From the NCBI RefSeq assembly GCF_018977255.1, contig NW_024705327.1, forward strand, positions 1-54,296: a DNA stretch of 54,296 nt, written 5' to 3'. This DNA comes from Callorhinchus milii. Its lineage: Eukaryota. Position 1 is the stretch's first letter; every line of letters begins with the position of its first letter. Position numbers and translations under genes: made by a program. Below the pieces are notes generated by a model that did no database searches, was not told where the DNA came from, and was given only the letters and a program-made list of their open reading frames with translations. This document shows positions 25,012 through 36,920 of the stretch, piece by piece.

Positions 25012-25587
25012 CAGGGCTGTTAGTACACTGTCCACCAAGTGAACGTATTGGCGGTATACCATGTGCGGTATATTATTTATTTTACAATTCGCAACCCCGG
25101 TCATAAAATCTTGCGGTAGGCATCAAAATCAGTTCTCGTGATGTCGAATAGTTGGAAAACAAATGTTATGGACAGCTGAAGACGAAGCTTCACTGTCTGT
25201 TGCCATATAGCTAACCAGCCTGTTGACGATTGGCTCCATGTTCCAAAGGCAGATTGAACTCGTGTCATAGACTTGGTTGGACAATTCCTCGATTCACTTC
25301 TGGAATAATTTATTGGCGGACAGTGGCACCAAATGATGATGGCTCATGTCACACGTTCGAATGGAAAAGCAGCTGCTGAATCAAACACCTTCTGATGGAG
25401 AGTCTGCAGCTCACTCAAGGGCAACAGCGACAACGTCAGACTGTTTTTGAGAACCGGTGTGTTATGCTGCACTGGTGTACCACCAATATGTTCATATGCA
25501 TAACATGGTCTGTGTGTGTGTGTGTACCATTCAGCATGCAGTATATTACAATCATCACTGAGCTAACATCCTTACAGAACAGCCCTG
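25012..25587. mobile_element. Possible old hAT-like non-autonomous element
   Basis: 10-bp TIR CAGGGCTGTT / AACAGCCCTG; no matching 8-bp TSD. Confidence 0.4.
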
Positions 25588-27034
25588 TGATGTGTTTTTG
25601 AGTTGTACCACGTGTTGATTGGCATTGTCTGCGGTTTTGATTTATGTGATGAGAGCTTCTTCAGGATTTGAATTTAAGAAGCTCCAAAAGCATGTGGTAA
25701 TGAAGGGCATTAACATTGAGCACAGTTTGTTATCAAGTGGATTCTGAGGATCTTATGATATAGTTTAGTGATCTACATTTAATTTACAGTAAAATGTATT
25801 ATCATGGTGCAATACCAAAATGGTTACTCAGTAGCTGGTTTCATGAACACACATTAAGGGGAAAGAATTGACCAAGTGGCTTGGAGGTGAAAGCGCTGAG
25901 CAAGCCTATTGAGAACCTGGGCTCGACCCCAAGCAGTGATTATACCGAGTCATCAAGTAAAAAAAAAGTCAATAGTCTCAGCCCAGTCACCAATATGTCC
26001 ATAAAAACCAACACACCAAGTTTGGTTATGCACCTGATTGGATGAATTCCTGTTCCGAGAATTTAAAATAATGCTTTAACTGTCAAGTACCAAATAATCT
26101 CTTTGCAGAGTGTATGGCAAAGTGTAATGGTTATTTTTGTCTGAGAGACAGTCATTCCTTAGCATGCTATATGGGAACATAATAAAACAGCAGGCAATAT
26201 ATCTTCTTCATATATTTTATGTGGATGGACAGATATATAAAGGCAATATATTGTCTGCTTATTAATTTTTATACATGTACTCTCTACAATGATGCTAATG
26301 ATTGTTTTGTGTTATATATTCGAACATGGGTTGTCCGCTCTCGCTTTCCATTTATGACTTGCAAGACCGTTTGAGAAAGATCTAATTTTGAAAATATGTA
26401 CTACGACAGGACTTCATACAGATGTAATGTCTTTACACTGGTTAATTCCAAATTACAAGCAGTTGCCTACCCGATTGGTCATACTGGCCTTGAATTTTAG
26501 CACGGATGACTATGTACGGTGCTAAAGAAATTCAACATATGTAAAAAACACACATCGCTGAATAACACTAATAGCCTGGATATCTCAGGCAGCAGAAAAG
26601 TAGGCTCTTGAAAGTGAACTTCGGGTTGACATACCACCCAGGGTCAACTACATAAACATTGGTATCAATCACTCGATAACTAAATTGTATCACTTGGAGC
26701 AGCGACTGCAGTGCTTCCTGGATAATCTGGTTGCTGCCATAAAAAACATTGAAAAATAGATGAGCGACCATCCAAAGTTTTAACGAAGAGGGGAATGGTT
26801 ACCTTTGTAAAGGAGACAAATAGGCTTTTAATTGCTATGCAAGGGAAAAGTATCTCCTTTCATCTCTCCCAAGGACACTGCACATGTTTTTACAAAAAAC
26901 TACAAAGCCTCTAAATGAATCACTTATGAAAATACCACACCACTTCACCACTACAGCCCAGACCCAGAGAGTTTCATAACGGAATTGGTGACAAAATTAT
27001 TTAAAATAAATGCTATCGTTATTTTACTTACCAA

Positions 27035-27577
27035 AGCAATTGGTGCACGTGTGTTAAAATTTTAGCGTAGAAGCGGTAGTGCGTGTGTGTTTGCTGTCTC
27101 GTGGCCACAGCACAGGGTGTGTTCCCACGTGGAGTGCAGAGCCCAACTCATTGTATATGTAGTGACGTAAATGATGTCACTATGGTGTTCGCGCCAGGCA
27201 CTGTGATGAGAATGCTGTGCGTCTGGAACCTCTCTCTGGGGCCAGAGTGAGTACGGCATGCGAACGGGCCCTAGGGGGCATCGTCCTGGTGACGGTCTGA
27301 GAGAGGGCACGCGACCGAGACAGGATAGTGAGGGGGTCCGAGGGGGCTTGAGGGACACGTCATGCTCGGTCGAGGTCCTTCGGGAAAGGTCTCGAAGGGA
27401 GCATGGCCAAAGGCGGAGCGAGGCCACGCTCAGGAGCATAAAGGGGCAGTCCCGAGAGCAATTGGTGCACGTGTGTTAACATTTTAGCGTAGAAGCGTTA
27501 CTGCGTGTGTTTGCTGTCTAGTAGCCACAGCACAGGGTTTGTTCCCGCGAGGAGTGCAGAGCCCAACTCATTGTATA
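27035..27577 (+). repeat. ~122-bp direct duplication (27035-27157 and 27457-27577) flanking a 5' LTR-like fragment (27158-27456)
   Basis: Both copies run AGCAATTGGTGCACG...CCCAACTCATTGTATA with a few substitutions. The insert starts TGTAGTGAC, like the LTR at 34253. Confidence 0.85.
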
Positions 27578-28208
27578 GAACACCGTCATTTGTAACCTTT
27601 CACCAAGTACATAAATGTTCCTTTGCGCACAGGTTTAGACTAATATTTTGCTTGTTTTTTTAATTGCAGTCGGAGCTCGGTACAGAGCGCAAACCATGAT
27701 GTGGGGAGGGGGGTAAGTCCAAAATGCCGTGCACCTGAGATTTAGAGAAGGGGGAGATTGGGCTCGCTGCCCCACCGAGCGGGGACGCGAGCAGGGTGCA
27801 TGTGTATTTTTTCATATGGGAAGTTGTGAGCTTTGTATTTCGATTAGCACAGTTGGCTATGTACGGTGCAAAAGAAGTACAGCGTACATACGTACACCAC
27901 ATTGTAGGAGGTCGACATAGAACGCCCCTATGGATACAGTGGTGGCTGCTACAGGAGTGTAACATTTCCAGCAATGGCTCGGGAATGTAAATAAGGATGA
28001 GCACCAGCCAAAGCACACTTTAGTATAAAGGACATGATACATATAAACTCATCTAATGTATAAGAGGTGTCTTCGTTTCAGCTCAGTGCTTTATGTTTTA
28101 TAAAAATAATATTTGAACGTCATACAATCTAAACTCTTCTTGGTTCTTTCGGTAAAGTCACGTAGAAGGGAAGTAATAAAATAATAAAAATAAAACATAA
28201 TAAAACAA

Positions 28209-28256
28209 TTCTCACGACGTTCGGCCACAACGCAAGCAGCCGTCCTCAGGTGAAAA
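28209..28256 (-). ncRNA. Hammerhead ribozyme motif, inverted copy with GAA instead of GAAA
   Basis: Minus strand reads TTTTCAC-CTGAGGA-CGGCTGCTTGCGTTGTGGCC-GAA-CGTC-GTGAGAA. Confidence 0.65.
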
Positions 28257-28652
28257 CCAGGTCCGTCGAGGCGACAGAGTCTGAATGAAACAGCACACGA
28301 GCTTGGAGCATATATATAAGCTGGGCGCATTGACAAAGGAATTTGCATATCAAAAGGAATTTAGCATATTTATGGAAATGCAGGAATGTGATTAGTACTG
28401 CATATGCATGTGCATTATGCAGGATTAACAGCATCAAAGGGAGCTGCAGCAGCAGTAACTGCAGCTCCCTTTGATGCTGTTAATCCTGCATAATGCACAT
28501 GCATATGCAGTACTAATCACATTCCTGCATTTCCCATAAATATGCTAAATTCATTTTGATATGCAAATTCCTTTGTCAATGCGCCCAGCTTATATATATG
28601 CTCCAAGCTCGTGTGCTGTTTCATTCAGACTCTGTCGCCTCGACGGACCTGG

Positions 28653-28699
28653 TTTCACCTGAGGACGGCTGCTTGCGTTGTGGCCGAAACGTCGTGAGA
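28653..28699 (+). ncRNA. Minimal type I hammerhead ribozyme motif in Penelope pLTR
   Basis: Stem I TTTCAC/GTGAGA; core CTGAGGA; one extra C; stem II GGCTGC/GTGGCC; GAAA; palindromic ACGT mini stem III; GTC cleavage triplet (predicted cut after 28693). Confidence 0.85.
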
Positions 28700-29357
28700 A
28701 TTGTTTATTATGTTTTATTTTTATTTATTACTTCCCTTCTACGTGACTTTACCGAAAGAACCAAGAAGATGAATCCTGCAGTCACGAAAGCTTTAAATCG
28801 AAATACAATCTAAACTGTTCTACAGTTATTAAGTCGAATGCAGTATTGCATTAATGTTTGCACACTCTCTTGTGCCAAAATTAAAATGCCTAGTGGTGTG
28901 ATTTGTTTTATTTGTGCATAAATTCACATTCATTTGCATCACAGTCTTGGCACACGCTGCTGCATTTGACTCAGGTGCATTCTATTCCTTACGAATACTT
29001 AAAGCAGGTTCACCAAATGTCAGGCCAGCACTGCAAAGGCAGCAGCTGTAAATGTCGATCACAAGAAGAACAACCTATTTTACAATTTGCATCAAACACA
29101 TAATGGCTAGAATTAGTGCATATTATGCTCTTACTAATTTATCATGCCCCTGGCCATCAATATTTCTGGAAACGGTTTAATTGGCATTTTTACCATGCTC
29201 AAATGCATTAATGAGGTGTACTTAATTGTTCTGGCAGCTGCAATAATAATAATTAACATTTATAATATGCATTCCATCCTAGGATCTCAATGCACAATGC
29301 ATGGAAAGCAGTAAACAAAAAGATAACCAAGGAAACCAACCAAACTAAAGTGGGAAG

Positions 29358-29690
29358 GCCACTTCTTTCAATATTTGATGATGAATCGTGAGGTCGAACT
29401 TTCTCCAAGCACGTTTTGCTTTATGGATGGTAGTTTTTTGCATCCTCAATTTTGCAGTGTACCATAGCGAAGGGCGATGGGAAGATATACAATGGGTTCG
29501 GAGGGGAGCCAAATGATCCAGGATCTCTGACAAAACAGAGTAATATAATTGAGCAGCTTTTTCAACGGGAAGCTCGCACACATCGGCTAGTGGCGAACTC
29601 GATAGGGCATCTATGAGAGAGGACGGGGTGATAAATGTAATTTTGCAAAATGAAATTCGATGTTTAATAGAAGGACCAGGAGGGGGGAGG
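29358..29690 (-). mobile_element. L2/CR1-type LINE ORF2 fragment (endonuclease-RT linker)
   Basis: YYSVLSEILDHLAPLRTH...SLWYTAKLR..K...KAKRAWRK resembles the LD.HAP...PW......R.ER.WRK linker. Confidence 0.7.
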
Positions 29691-30285
29691 GATGTATCAG
29701 GGAATCATAGCAATCCACTCATAGGCAGAGTTTGACTTTTATTTGAGATGGCAGGGATTCGCTTTGTCCCTCACATTAGGAATCGCGGGTGCATATAATT
29801 AATGTATGTTTAATCTTAATTGTAAACTACTGAAAATAAATTAATAAAGGTGTCCAGTTGGGCGGGGGGGTATTGCCCTCCCCCCAAACTTCGTGCATGA
29901 ATCTACTGACTAAATAATATAAGGTAACTACTTTGACTTGAACTGTCATAATTGGGGATACACATATATATCAGTGTGTTTACCTCAACCGCAGTGCATC
30001 ATCTTGGCTGTACTGATGGGGAGGTCACACCTTGGATATGTCACGTCAGAAATAATGAGCCACTCGATTTATCTCCCTCAAGAGTGAGCGAACCCAAGAG
30101 TCATACTGTGTTGCACAATCTAACGGAGCCATCAAGTCGCTTGTTGAAATCGAGAGGAAGCCTGTAAAACAAATTGTGTTGTGACCAGTTTCGAGTGTGG
30201 AGCAAAGAAATGATGACCATTCCTCTAAGAGTAAAAACTAAAGGTCAGATATGTTAAGAGGCATGGCCGTCCCATTTTAGTAAAA

Positions 30286-30362
30286 CTAGAGTTTCGGCAG
30301 CCTATGGCCGATTTATTCTCGCTCCTGCGGAGATCTTCTCAGTGCTCTACGCCTCGCTCGTC
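30286..30362 (-). mobile_element. Possible Helitron 3' end fragment
   Basis: Minus strand ends with hairpin TCGGC-CATAGGCT-GCCGA, then AACT, CTAG, then T. Confidence 0.4.
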
Positions 30363-30426
30363 TCCCCCATTGATGTCCTCTTACCCCCCCCCCCCCCCAC
30401 GTGTGCAGATACTGCTAACTCTATTG

Positions 30427-30807
30427 TATGTTGAACGATTTGGAGAAAACATCTAATTGCGATTTTCTAACATTGCGATTTGATTTGCGATTACATTTTT
30501 TGAAGTCAAGCTTCAGTGTGTGATGAACATGTGATGGAGCATTACCACATGATACCATCAAAATATGAACTGCTATATATTCTAATGCAAGGATGAGAAC
30601 TTAAAATATATGAATTGCTTCCAACATGTATTTATTAAAATGTTTTAATTGAAATAGAACGATCAAACATAGAACAATTATTAAGTTAAATAAATAAAGT
30701 TAAAATAATAAAAAATAAAATTTCCATTAAGAAAGTAATAGGACTTTTCAAATCGCATTGTTTCAAATTGCGATTTCGATTTGCAATCGATTAATCATTC
30801 GGCCCTA
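30427..30807. mobile_element. hAT-like non-autonomous DNA element
   Basis: Right end AATCATTCGGCCCTA and degenerate left end TATGTTGAACGATT; multiple TGCGATT/AATCG subterminal repeats at both ends; AT-rich core. Confidence 0.55.
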
Positions 30808-30819
30808 GTGCGTAGTCAT

Positions 30820-32730
30820 ATAAGAGGTACGTGGATGACACTTTTGTCATCTGGCCACATGGCCGGCCGACTCTAGACCAATTCCTCGACCACATCAATT
30901 CCATACACCCAGCCATCAGATTCACCATGGAAGTCGAAAAGGATGGTGCAATGAGCCACTCCGTCTACAGGAAAGCTACCCATACGGATGCTTACTTAAA
31001 ACCAGATTCCCACCACCATCCCAGAAGAATTCCCTCATCAAGACTTTACACTATAGAGCCCAATGCATCTCCGACCAGGAACACATTGCCAGTGAACTCA
31101 AGCACGTACACCAAGCTCTCAAGGCTAATGGTTACTGCAACTACACAATCCGCAAAGCCATCACTCCAACCATGAAGAAGGATCCTCTTGAGGAGCCATT
31201 CAAAACCATCACCTTACCCTACATTGCAGGGGTCACAAAAAAGATCTCCAAAATACTGAATAAACACAAGATCCAGGTCCGATTCAACACAGTACATAAA
31301 ATCCGTGATCTGGTCCCATCTGTAAAAGATGTGGTAGCAGTTACATTGGAGAAACCAAACGACATGTCTCGGACCGAATCCATGAACATAAAGCAGACCT
31401 GAAACACGGTAGGACGAACACCTCAGCCGTGGCAGATCACTGTTATAATTCAGTGGGTTCACATGACATTGACTTCTCCAAGACGGAGGTTCTCTGCAAG
31501 CCATCCGGCTACCATGAGAGATTCGTTCACGAGGCAATCCACATATACAAACACAGAGACAATTTCAACCGAGAAGATGGATTCTGGCTCAGCAATCATT
31601 GGAAGGACGTGATAAACCATTTTGGGTCTTGATTGATTTTGTTTTACGGTGACTTTCAGACTGCAGTCCATTCGCTGGCATTGCCTCTTAGTACCTTTCA
31701 CGCGACGGTCAATGGTATGGTTTATAGCAGATTGTATAATAATAAATAGTATAACAGTGTAATGTTTAATATAATTCATGAGGTAATATATAGTATCGTA
31801 ATTGCATAATGAATATACAGCAGTGTGGTATACAGTAAGGTTGGTAGAATAATACATAGTGTAATAATATTATTATAGTCTATAGTAACGCAGTGTATAA
31901 TTCAATGTTGGGGTCTGTCTATGGCAGTTTATAATACGGGGTATAGTCGTGTGATGTAAGAAAAAAGATTAGATGGAGGCATATTATAATAATTTTTGCG
32001 ACATTGAAGTGTAATGTATAATGACTTATTGTTAGTAGCTCAGCTTATTGGAGATTATATTGAGTATATTGATGATATTGATGTAGTTTATATTTTAGTT
32101 TTTTATCGGTTCACTATATGATAGTCATTATATAGTGTATTGTATACCCAGTTACTTAATGTTAATAGCTCAGCTTATTGGAGAATATATTGAGTACATT
32201 GATTATATTGATGTAGTTTATATTTAGTTCTTTCACATCGGTTTATTGTATGATAGTGGGTGGTTGCAGTTCTTTAGCGTCAATATACTAAATGCCTCTG
32301 TTGATATGTAAACTCTGACTTTAACATAGCCACTTCCGTGACCAGTTACATGCTAATTCCTCACATTAACATCATGCTAATCTCCCAGTTACATGCTAAT
32401 TTCTGACTTTAACATCCTGCTAATTCTCTCACATTAACACAGCTTATTCAATGCTAAATTCTTATGTTGATATGTAAACTCCTTTGTCAAGGCGCTCTTC
32501 TCCTCCCACCCAGCTTAAAATACGCTGCCAAGCTTAGCAGTGTTCATTGGAGCGCTGTCTTTCAGACAGCTCTGTCTTCACCTGAGGACGGCTGCTTGTG
32601 TTGTGGCCGAAACGTCGTGAGAATTTATTTATTATGTTTATTTTTATTATTTTATTATTTCCCTTCTACGTGACTTTACCGAAAGAACCAAAAGATGAAT
32701 CCCTGCAGTCACGAAAGCTTAAAATCGAAA
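30820..32730 (+). mobile_element. 5'-truncated, decayed Penelope-like element (RT C-terminus, GIY-YIG remnant, 3' region and pLTR)
   Basis: KRYVDDTFVIW, INSIHPAIRFTMEVEKDG, VYRKATHTDAYL, LPYIAGVT and EAIHIYKHRDNFNREDG are spread across frameshifted ORFs at 30831-31632; pLTR with hammerhead and tail at ~32440-32730. Confidence 0.93.
32577..32621 (+). ncRNA. Minimal type I hammerhead ribozyme motif in Penelope pLTR
   Basis: TTCAC-CTGAGGA-C-GGCTGC-TTGTGTT-GTGGCC-GAAA-CGTC-GTGAG; predicted cut after 32616. Confidence 0.85.
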
Positions 32731-34252
32731 CTCTGTTTTGTTGTTATTACTGTTGAAAAAGACCCTGCAATGTAAACAACAGCTCTTCAATGGTGGAACA
32801 TGCAGCACGGGCTGAGAACCATTTCAATTAATGATACTGCCAAGTGAATGTACACGTGGTTTGTATTTAATAAATTCCTTGAATAAAGGTTTTATTTGGT
32901 TAATGATTTTCAAGCACTAAAATGCTGATAAAATATCGAATAAATATATACACAAAAATATAGCTTGCACTAGTAATGCTGGCATGTAAACCATTACTCA
33001 GGCTAATTAAAGTGTATCTTAAATACAGGGCTCTTTCAACAATAGTGGGTTACAACTTTCTCCAGAGACGTTTAATACCACGTATGTGAATAAAACATGA
33101 CCTTAATTTCACATCATCTAAAGATAACTGTAACCTGTGACATTCCAGGATCGAATCACATAAGGTTGTTTTGTGTTTTTTTAAATCAACCATAAATTCA
33201 GTTACATTGAGTTTCAATATAAAAGAAGATGAGGGGCCAATGTAAACCGCTTACGTTGAATAATTTGAGAGATATCAAATGTAGGCTATTCGCTCTATTT
33301 GCGCAACACCATATGTTGCAGACATGATCAACTCTAGTTAGTTTTAATTTACTTGCACTTTTTTGAATGAACCACTTTTGTGTGGATAGTATTAATGCAG
33401 CTGGTCTATGTGTTTCAGCTCCCTGGAGGGAATGCCTAGGATTGAAACGCAGCATCTGCTTGCCTGCCAGGTGCCATACAGTGCACAGGAACAGCTCTTA
33501 AAACACTTATTAGCAAACTGACCCTACTGATACAGGTCCCCATGACAGACTCCTTGGCGGAATACCATTCTTTGAGTCTGGTCTTTTCATTACGCACAAC
33601 GTTTTTAAGCCTTAAAAATAAACCGTTTATTAAGATTCCCACCATTTCCCCCACCCCCGTTCATATGTATTTCGCCAGTTAGAGACATTCACTTACACAT
33701 CATGACTATCATGTATCTTCATATGACCGCTGATGTTGGAACTTTACCATGACGCATATAGTTCAGAACAGCAGCCATGCACAATGGTGCCTATGGCTGG
33801 AAGCAATGCTCCAGATAAACGACAGGATGCTATAATTAATGCATACCCCATACGTTAAACATTCACGATTGTAGAGGAAAAGGTGCATCCTTGTAATTGC
33901 TTGCTCATACCACTGCTTGAGGAAGGGCCACCACTCCGGGGAGCTACAGAGAGCCCTTTCGGAGGGTGTTTTGGACTAACTACGGCCTCTGGGAAGAGGT
34001 TAGAGTACCCACACTTCACCCCACCACAAACAACTTGCCGATTTAATAACTTGTACTGCTCGGTGGGCAGAGGCGGGATAAATTTAAGAAACCTGCCATA
34101 TTTTGAGAATAGGTTTTCCCATTTTTCTGGCAACAAAACAGGTGTTAAGATGTTAAAACACCAAACTGAAACCTTTTACAAGGAATCATGTCCGCATTAA
34201 CCACAATACTTGTGGTCAGAATGCAAACAAAAAAGTACTCTGATAATATATG

Positions 34253-34894
34253 TGTAGTGACTGTACTTGTCACTGTGTGGTGCCGGGACTTGCGAAGTCA
34301 CGGCCGTTAATGTTGTCATGAGGGCAGCCCGGGTTGCGGGCTGCAGTACCAACACTAGCGCTGGTTATCGTGGAGGCACCGCGAGCAGTGCGCGGTGCCG
34401 CCTCCCAGCGAGGGAGCGAGAGGGAGCGTCAGCCAGCCAGGCTTACTCTGGGCATGACACTCTGGCTGACCTGTTGTCACGTGACCGGACGATACTGGAG
34501 GGGGGCCACCGGTGGACGGGGGCCAAGGGGCAGTCACGTGGTCCCGAAGAGCTCTTGGGAACATTCGAGAAGGAGCTCGAGAAGCCTGGAAGGTGGGCGG
34601 GGCTAGGGCAGAGCCAGCCCCAGCCCGGGGCATATAACGAGAGCTCCGTGAGGAGCTCGGGGTTCTTCAAGTGTTGGTGTTCGAAGATCCACGTCGGGGA
34701 GAAAAAGCCTCAAGCCACGTGGTCCGGGACCCAGCTTGTGGTCCCGGACCGGAATGGCGAAACCGTGTCTAGTTCTGCAGTAGCGTGGTTAGATGGGCAT
34801 TCGAGACCTGAGCGTAGGTTGTGTCATGTTACGTATTGTGAATAAATAATGTTTCTCCCAAGATAATGTCTGTGACTCAGTTGGACTCACTACA
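34253..34894 (+). mobile_element. Solo LTR (Gypsy-type), 642 bp
   Basis: Termini TGTAGTGA...TCACTACA; 4-bp TSD TATG (34249-34252 and 34895-34898); AATAAA near 34842. Confidence 0.9.
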
Positions 34895-35128
34895 TATGCA
34901 TTGTCTTTGAAACTGATTGGTCCACACCAGAGACAGCTTTCTTTTGAGCCTCATCTCAAAACAGTGTTAGACCAGAGGACCCCAAAAGGCGTACAGCACA
35001 AAGACAAGCATAATCAGAGTAATGAGGGCTGGGGTGAGCATCTACATCATGGGACCTCTTTGCCAGTACCAAAATATGAGAATAGGTTTTCCCCTTTTTT
35101 CTGGAAATAATTAGTAGTTTTATACATA

Positions 35129-35597
35129 TGTAATATGAGGATTCACCCGGGGGGTAACTGGGCGATGGTGATAGGCTCTACCGGCCTCAGCCCGCAGCCA
35201 ATGGGACGTCGAGCCAGGGGCGTAGCCCTGTGGCTGCATAGCAACATCTAGAAGGTTACAGGGGTGAGGCTGATGATTGGCTGCGTGGCATCACGTGAGC
35301 CAGGTGTTATAAGGGGTAGAGAGAGACAGCTCGTGGTCAGTGTGGAGAGGTTTGAGGAGAGACCACATCTGTGCCTCCGGCACGCCAGCGGCCACGTGGC
35401 AGGCCGGAGGCTGTCTCCAGAAAGCCGTTAGCCAGCGGTGTGAGGGAGCGAGGGAAGCGAGCGAATGCCACGCTCGGTAACGGGAGTAACGGGAGAACCG
35501 GGAAAGAGGAACCCAGCGATGGGAGAGAGCTGTGTAACGAAGAAAGAATAAAGACAAGACACTAAATTACGATATCGTCCGGAGTGGGTTTATTACA
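35129..35597 (+). mobile_element. Solo LTR (Gypsy-type), 469 bp
   Basis: Termini TGTAATA...TATTACA; 4-bp TSD CATA (35125-35128 and 35598-35601); CCAAT boxes, TATAA near 35308 and AATAAA near 35547. Confidence 0.9.
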
Positions 35598-36769
35598 CAT
35601 ATTTCACAAATTGTCACTGCTACAATTAGTTGTGATATCAGCCTATTTGTGACATCCCATAATGAAGGTAAGTGGCCCAACTAAACACACACAGCAGTTC
35701 TAAAGAAATTAGTTTTAAATGTAAATTTTTATAGTGCAATGACACCTCATGTGCAGCACTTGCTGTGAGTATTGCAAGGGCTGTGTCCATGTGGGGTGTG
35801 GGACAGCATCAGCGATTGATGGTTGACACTGCACATGGACCCTCTGCACGTCACACCCTCAAGCTTTTTGCTTTCCATCCGGAGGAAATTTTAATTTTGC
35901 CGTCACTCTAATTCTGCTTCAGAAGACTGAAACAATTTGTTAATTTTATATTATACAAGGAGTCTCCTACAAATAAGCAATCATGAAAGGTTCTCCAGAA
36001 GGCAATAAAAAGTAAATAAAGATGCTTGATGGTTGCATCGCTGAGTTCATAATCAAATGAGCAAGAAGAAAAGCAACTGACATAAAGATCCGGTCCATAC
36101 TGAAAGTCCCTTAGATGTTTTAAAAATATTTTAATTTATAAGCAAAAAAAAACAGAAGCAGGATACCCTACCATGGATCAGATGGTCTGACATGAGGTGG
36201 ATGTAGCGGGGCCATAGTTGTGCTCAAAGGATATGGGTCTTTATTCCGCACATCGTTTACCAGGCAAGTCACACTTGTGTAATTAGGAAATCGTAACTTC
36301 TCCCATTGAAGGGGGCAGTGCACCTGAACCTACTGAGCTGTTGAAAGTTCCAGTCGTAGGGGTACAGGCGTGGAGAACTAAGGTTTTGTAAAACTGAGTT
36401 TAACCTGCCTGAGGCTTTGTGGATGGGGTTCACTCTCACGCTGTATTATAAATTTAAACAAGGCGTACAAATATATGTCATATCATACTTAAAATATATG
36501 AAATATAACAAATACGAAATCTAATTGTAAAAAAAGTAACAAATAAAGAATGCAGGAAATAAAATAAGCTACAGATAAACTCTCGTCTGCTGCTGCATAT
36601 CTGGGACGGGGAAGTAATGCTGTTGGAGCTATAGGGAATATCTGTGCAGAGCAGACATCGTGAAGGAAAAAAGCACGCCTTTACTATGACAAATAATAAA
36701 CTCGGTTGTCTATAACACGATTCCCAGAAGGCCTCAAAGCTCTTCATGTAATACCTTAAGTTACGAAGA

Positions 36770-36920
36770 AAGCCTACACAAATAGGCGAGTTTTAAGATG
36801 TGATAAAAAAAAGCATAATGGATCAAGGAAGGGAATTCCACTATCATGGAGCCTGGGTGCAAAAAAGCTCTATCTCCCATAGAACAAAGTCTGTTTTTGA
36901 TATCCATTATACAAAAATCT
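36770..36920 (-). mobile_element. L2 LINE ORF2 C-terminal fragment
   Basis: Minus strand encodes SMGDRAF followed, after a frameshift, by WNSLP. Confidence 0.55.

Larger units (their letters stand above)
28136..28802. mobile_element. Penelope inverted-pLTR palindrome (two ~312-bp arms, 9-nt spacer, 33-nt tail, 14-bp TSD)
   Basis: Arms 28135-28449 and 28459-28769 are near-perfect reverse complements; tail at 28770-28802; TSD ATACAATCTAAACT at 28122-28135 and 28803-28816; homologous to the pLTR at 32440-32730. Confidence 0.95.

Noticed and set aside
25870..25960. tRNA-like A/B boxes
   Set aside because: No cloverleaf can be formed; at most a degenerate SINE head.
28091..28813. Mirror-image short ORFs on both strands
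   Set aside because: A by-product of the pLTR palindrome.
32310..32330. CTGACTTTAACA shared between the Penelope 3' region and the 42.2-kb minisatellite unit
   Set aside because: Only a 12-nt match between unrelated elements; insufficient to claim a link.
34267..34845. 192-aa ORF
   Set aside because: Lies entirely inside a GC-rich solo LTR; no gag or pol similarity.
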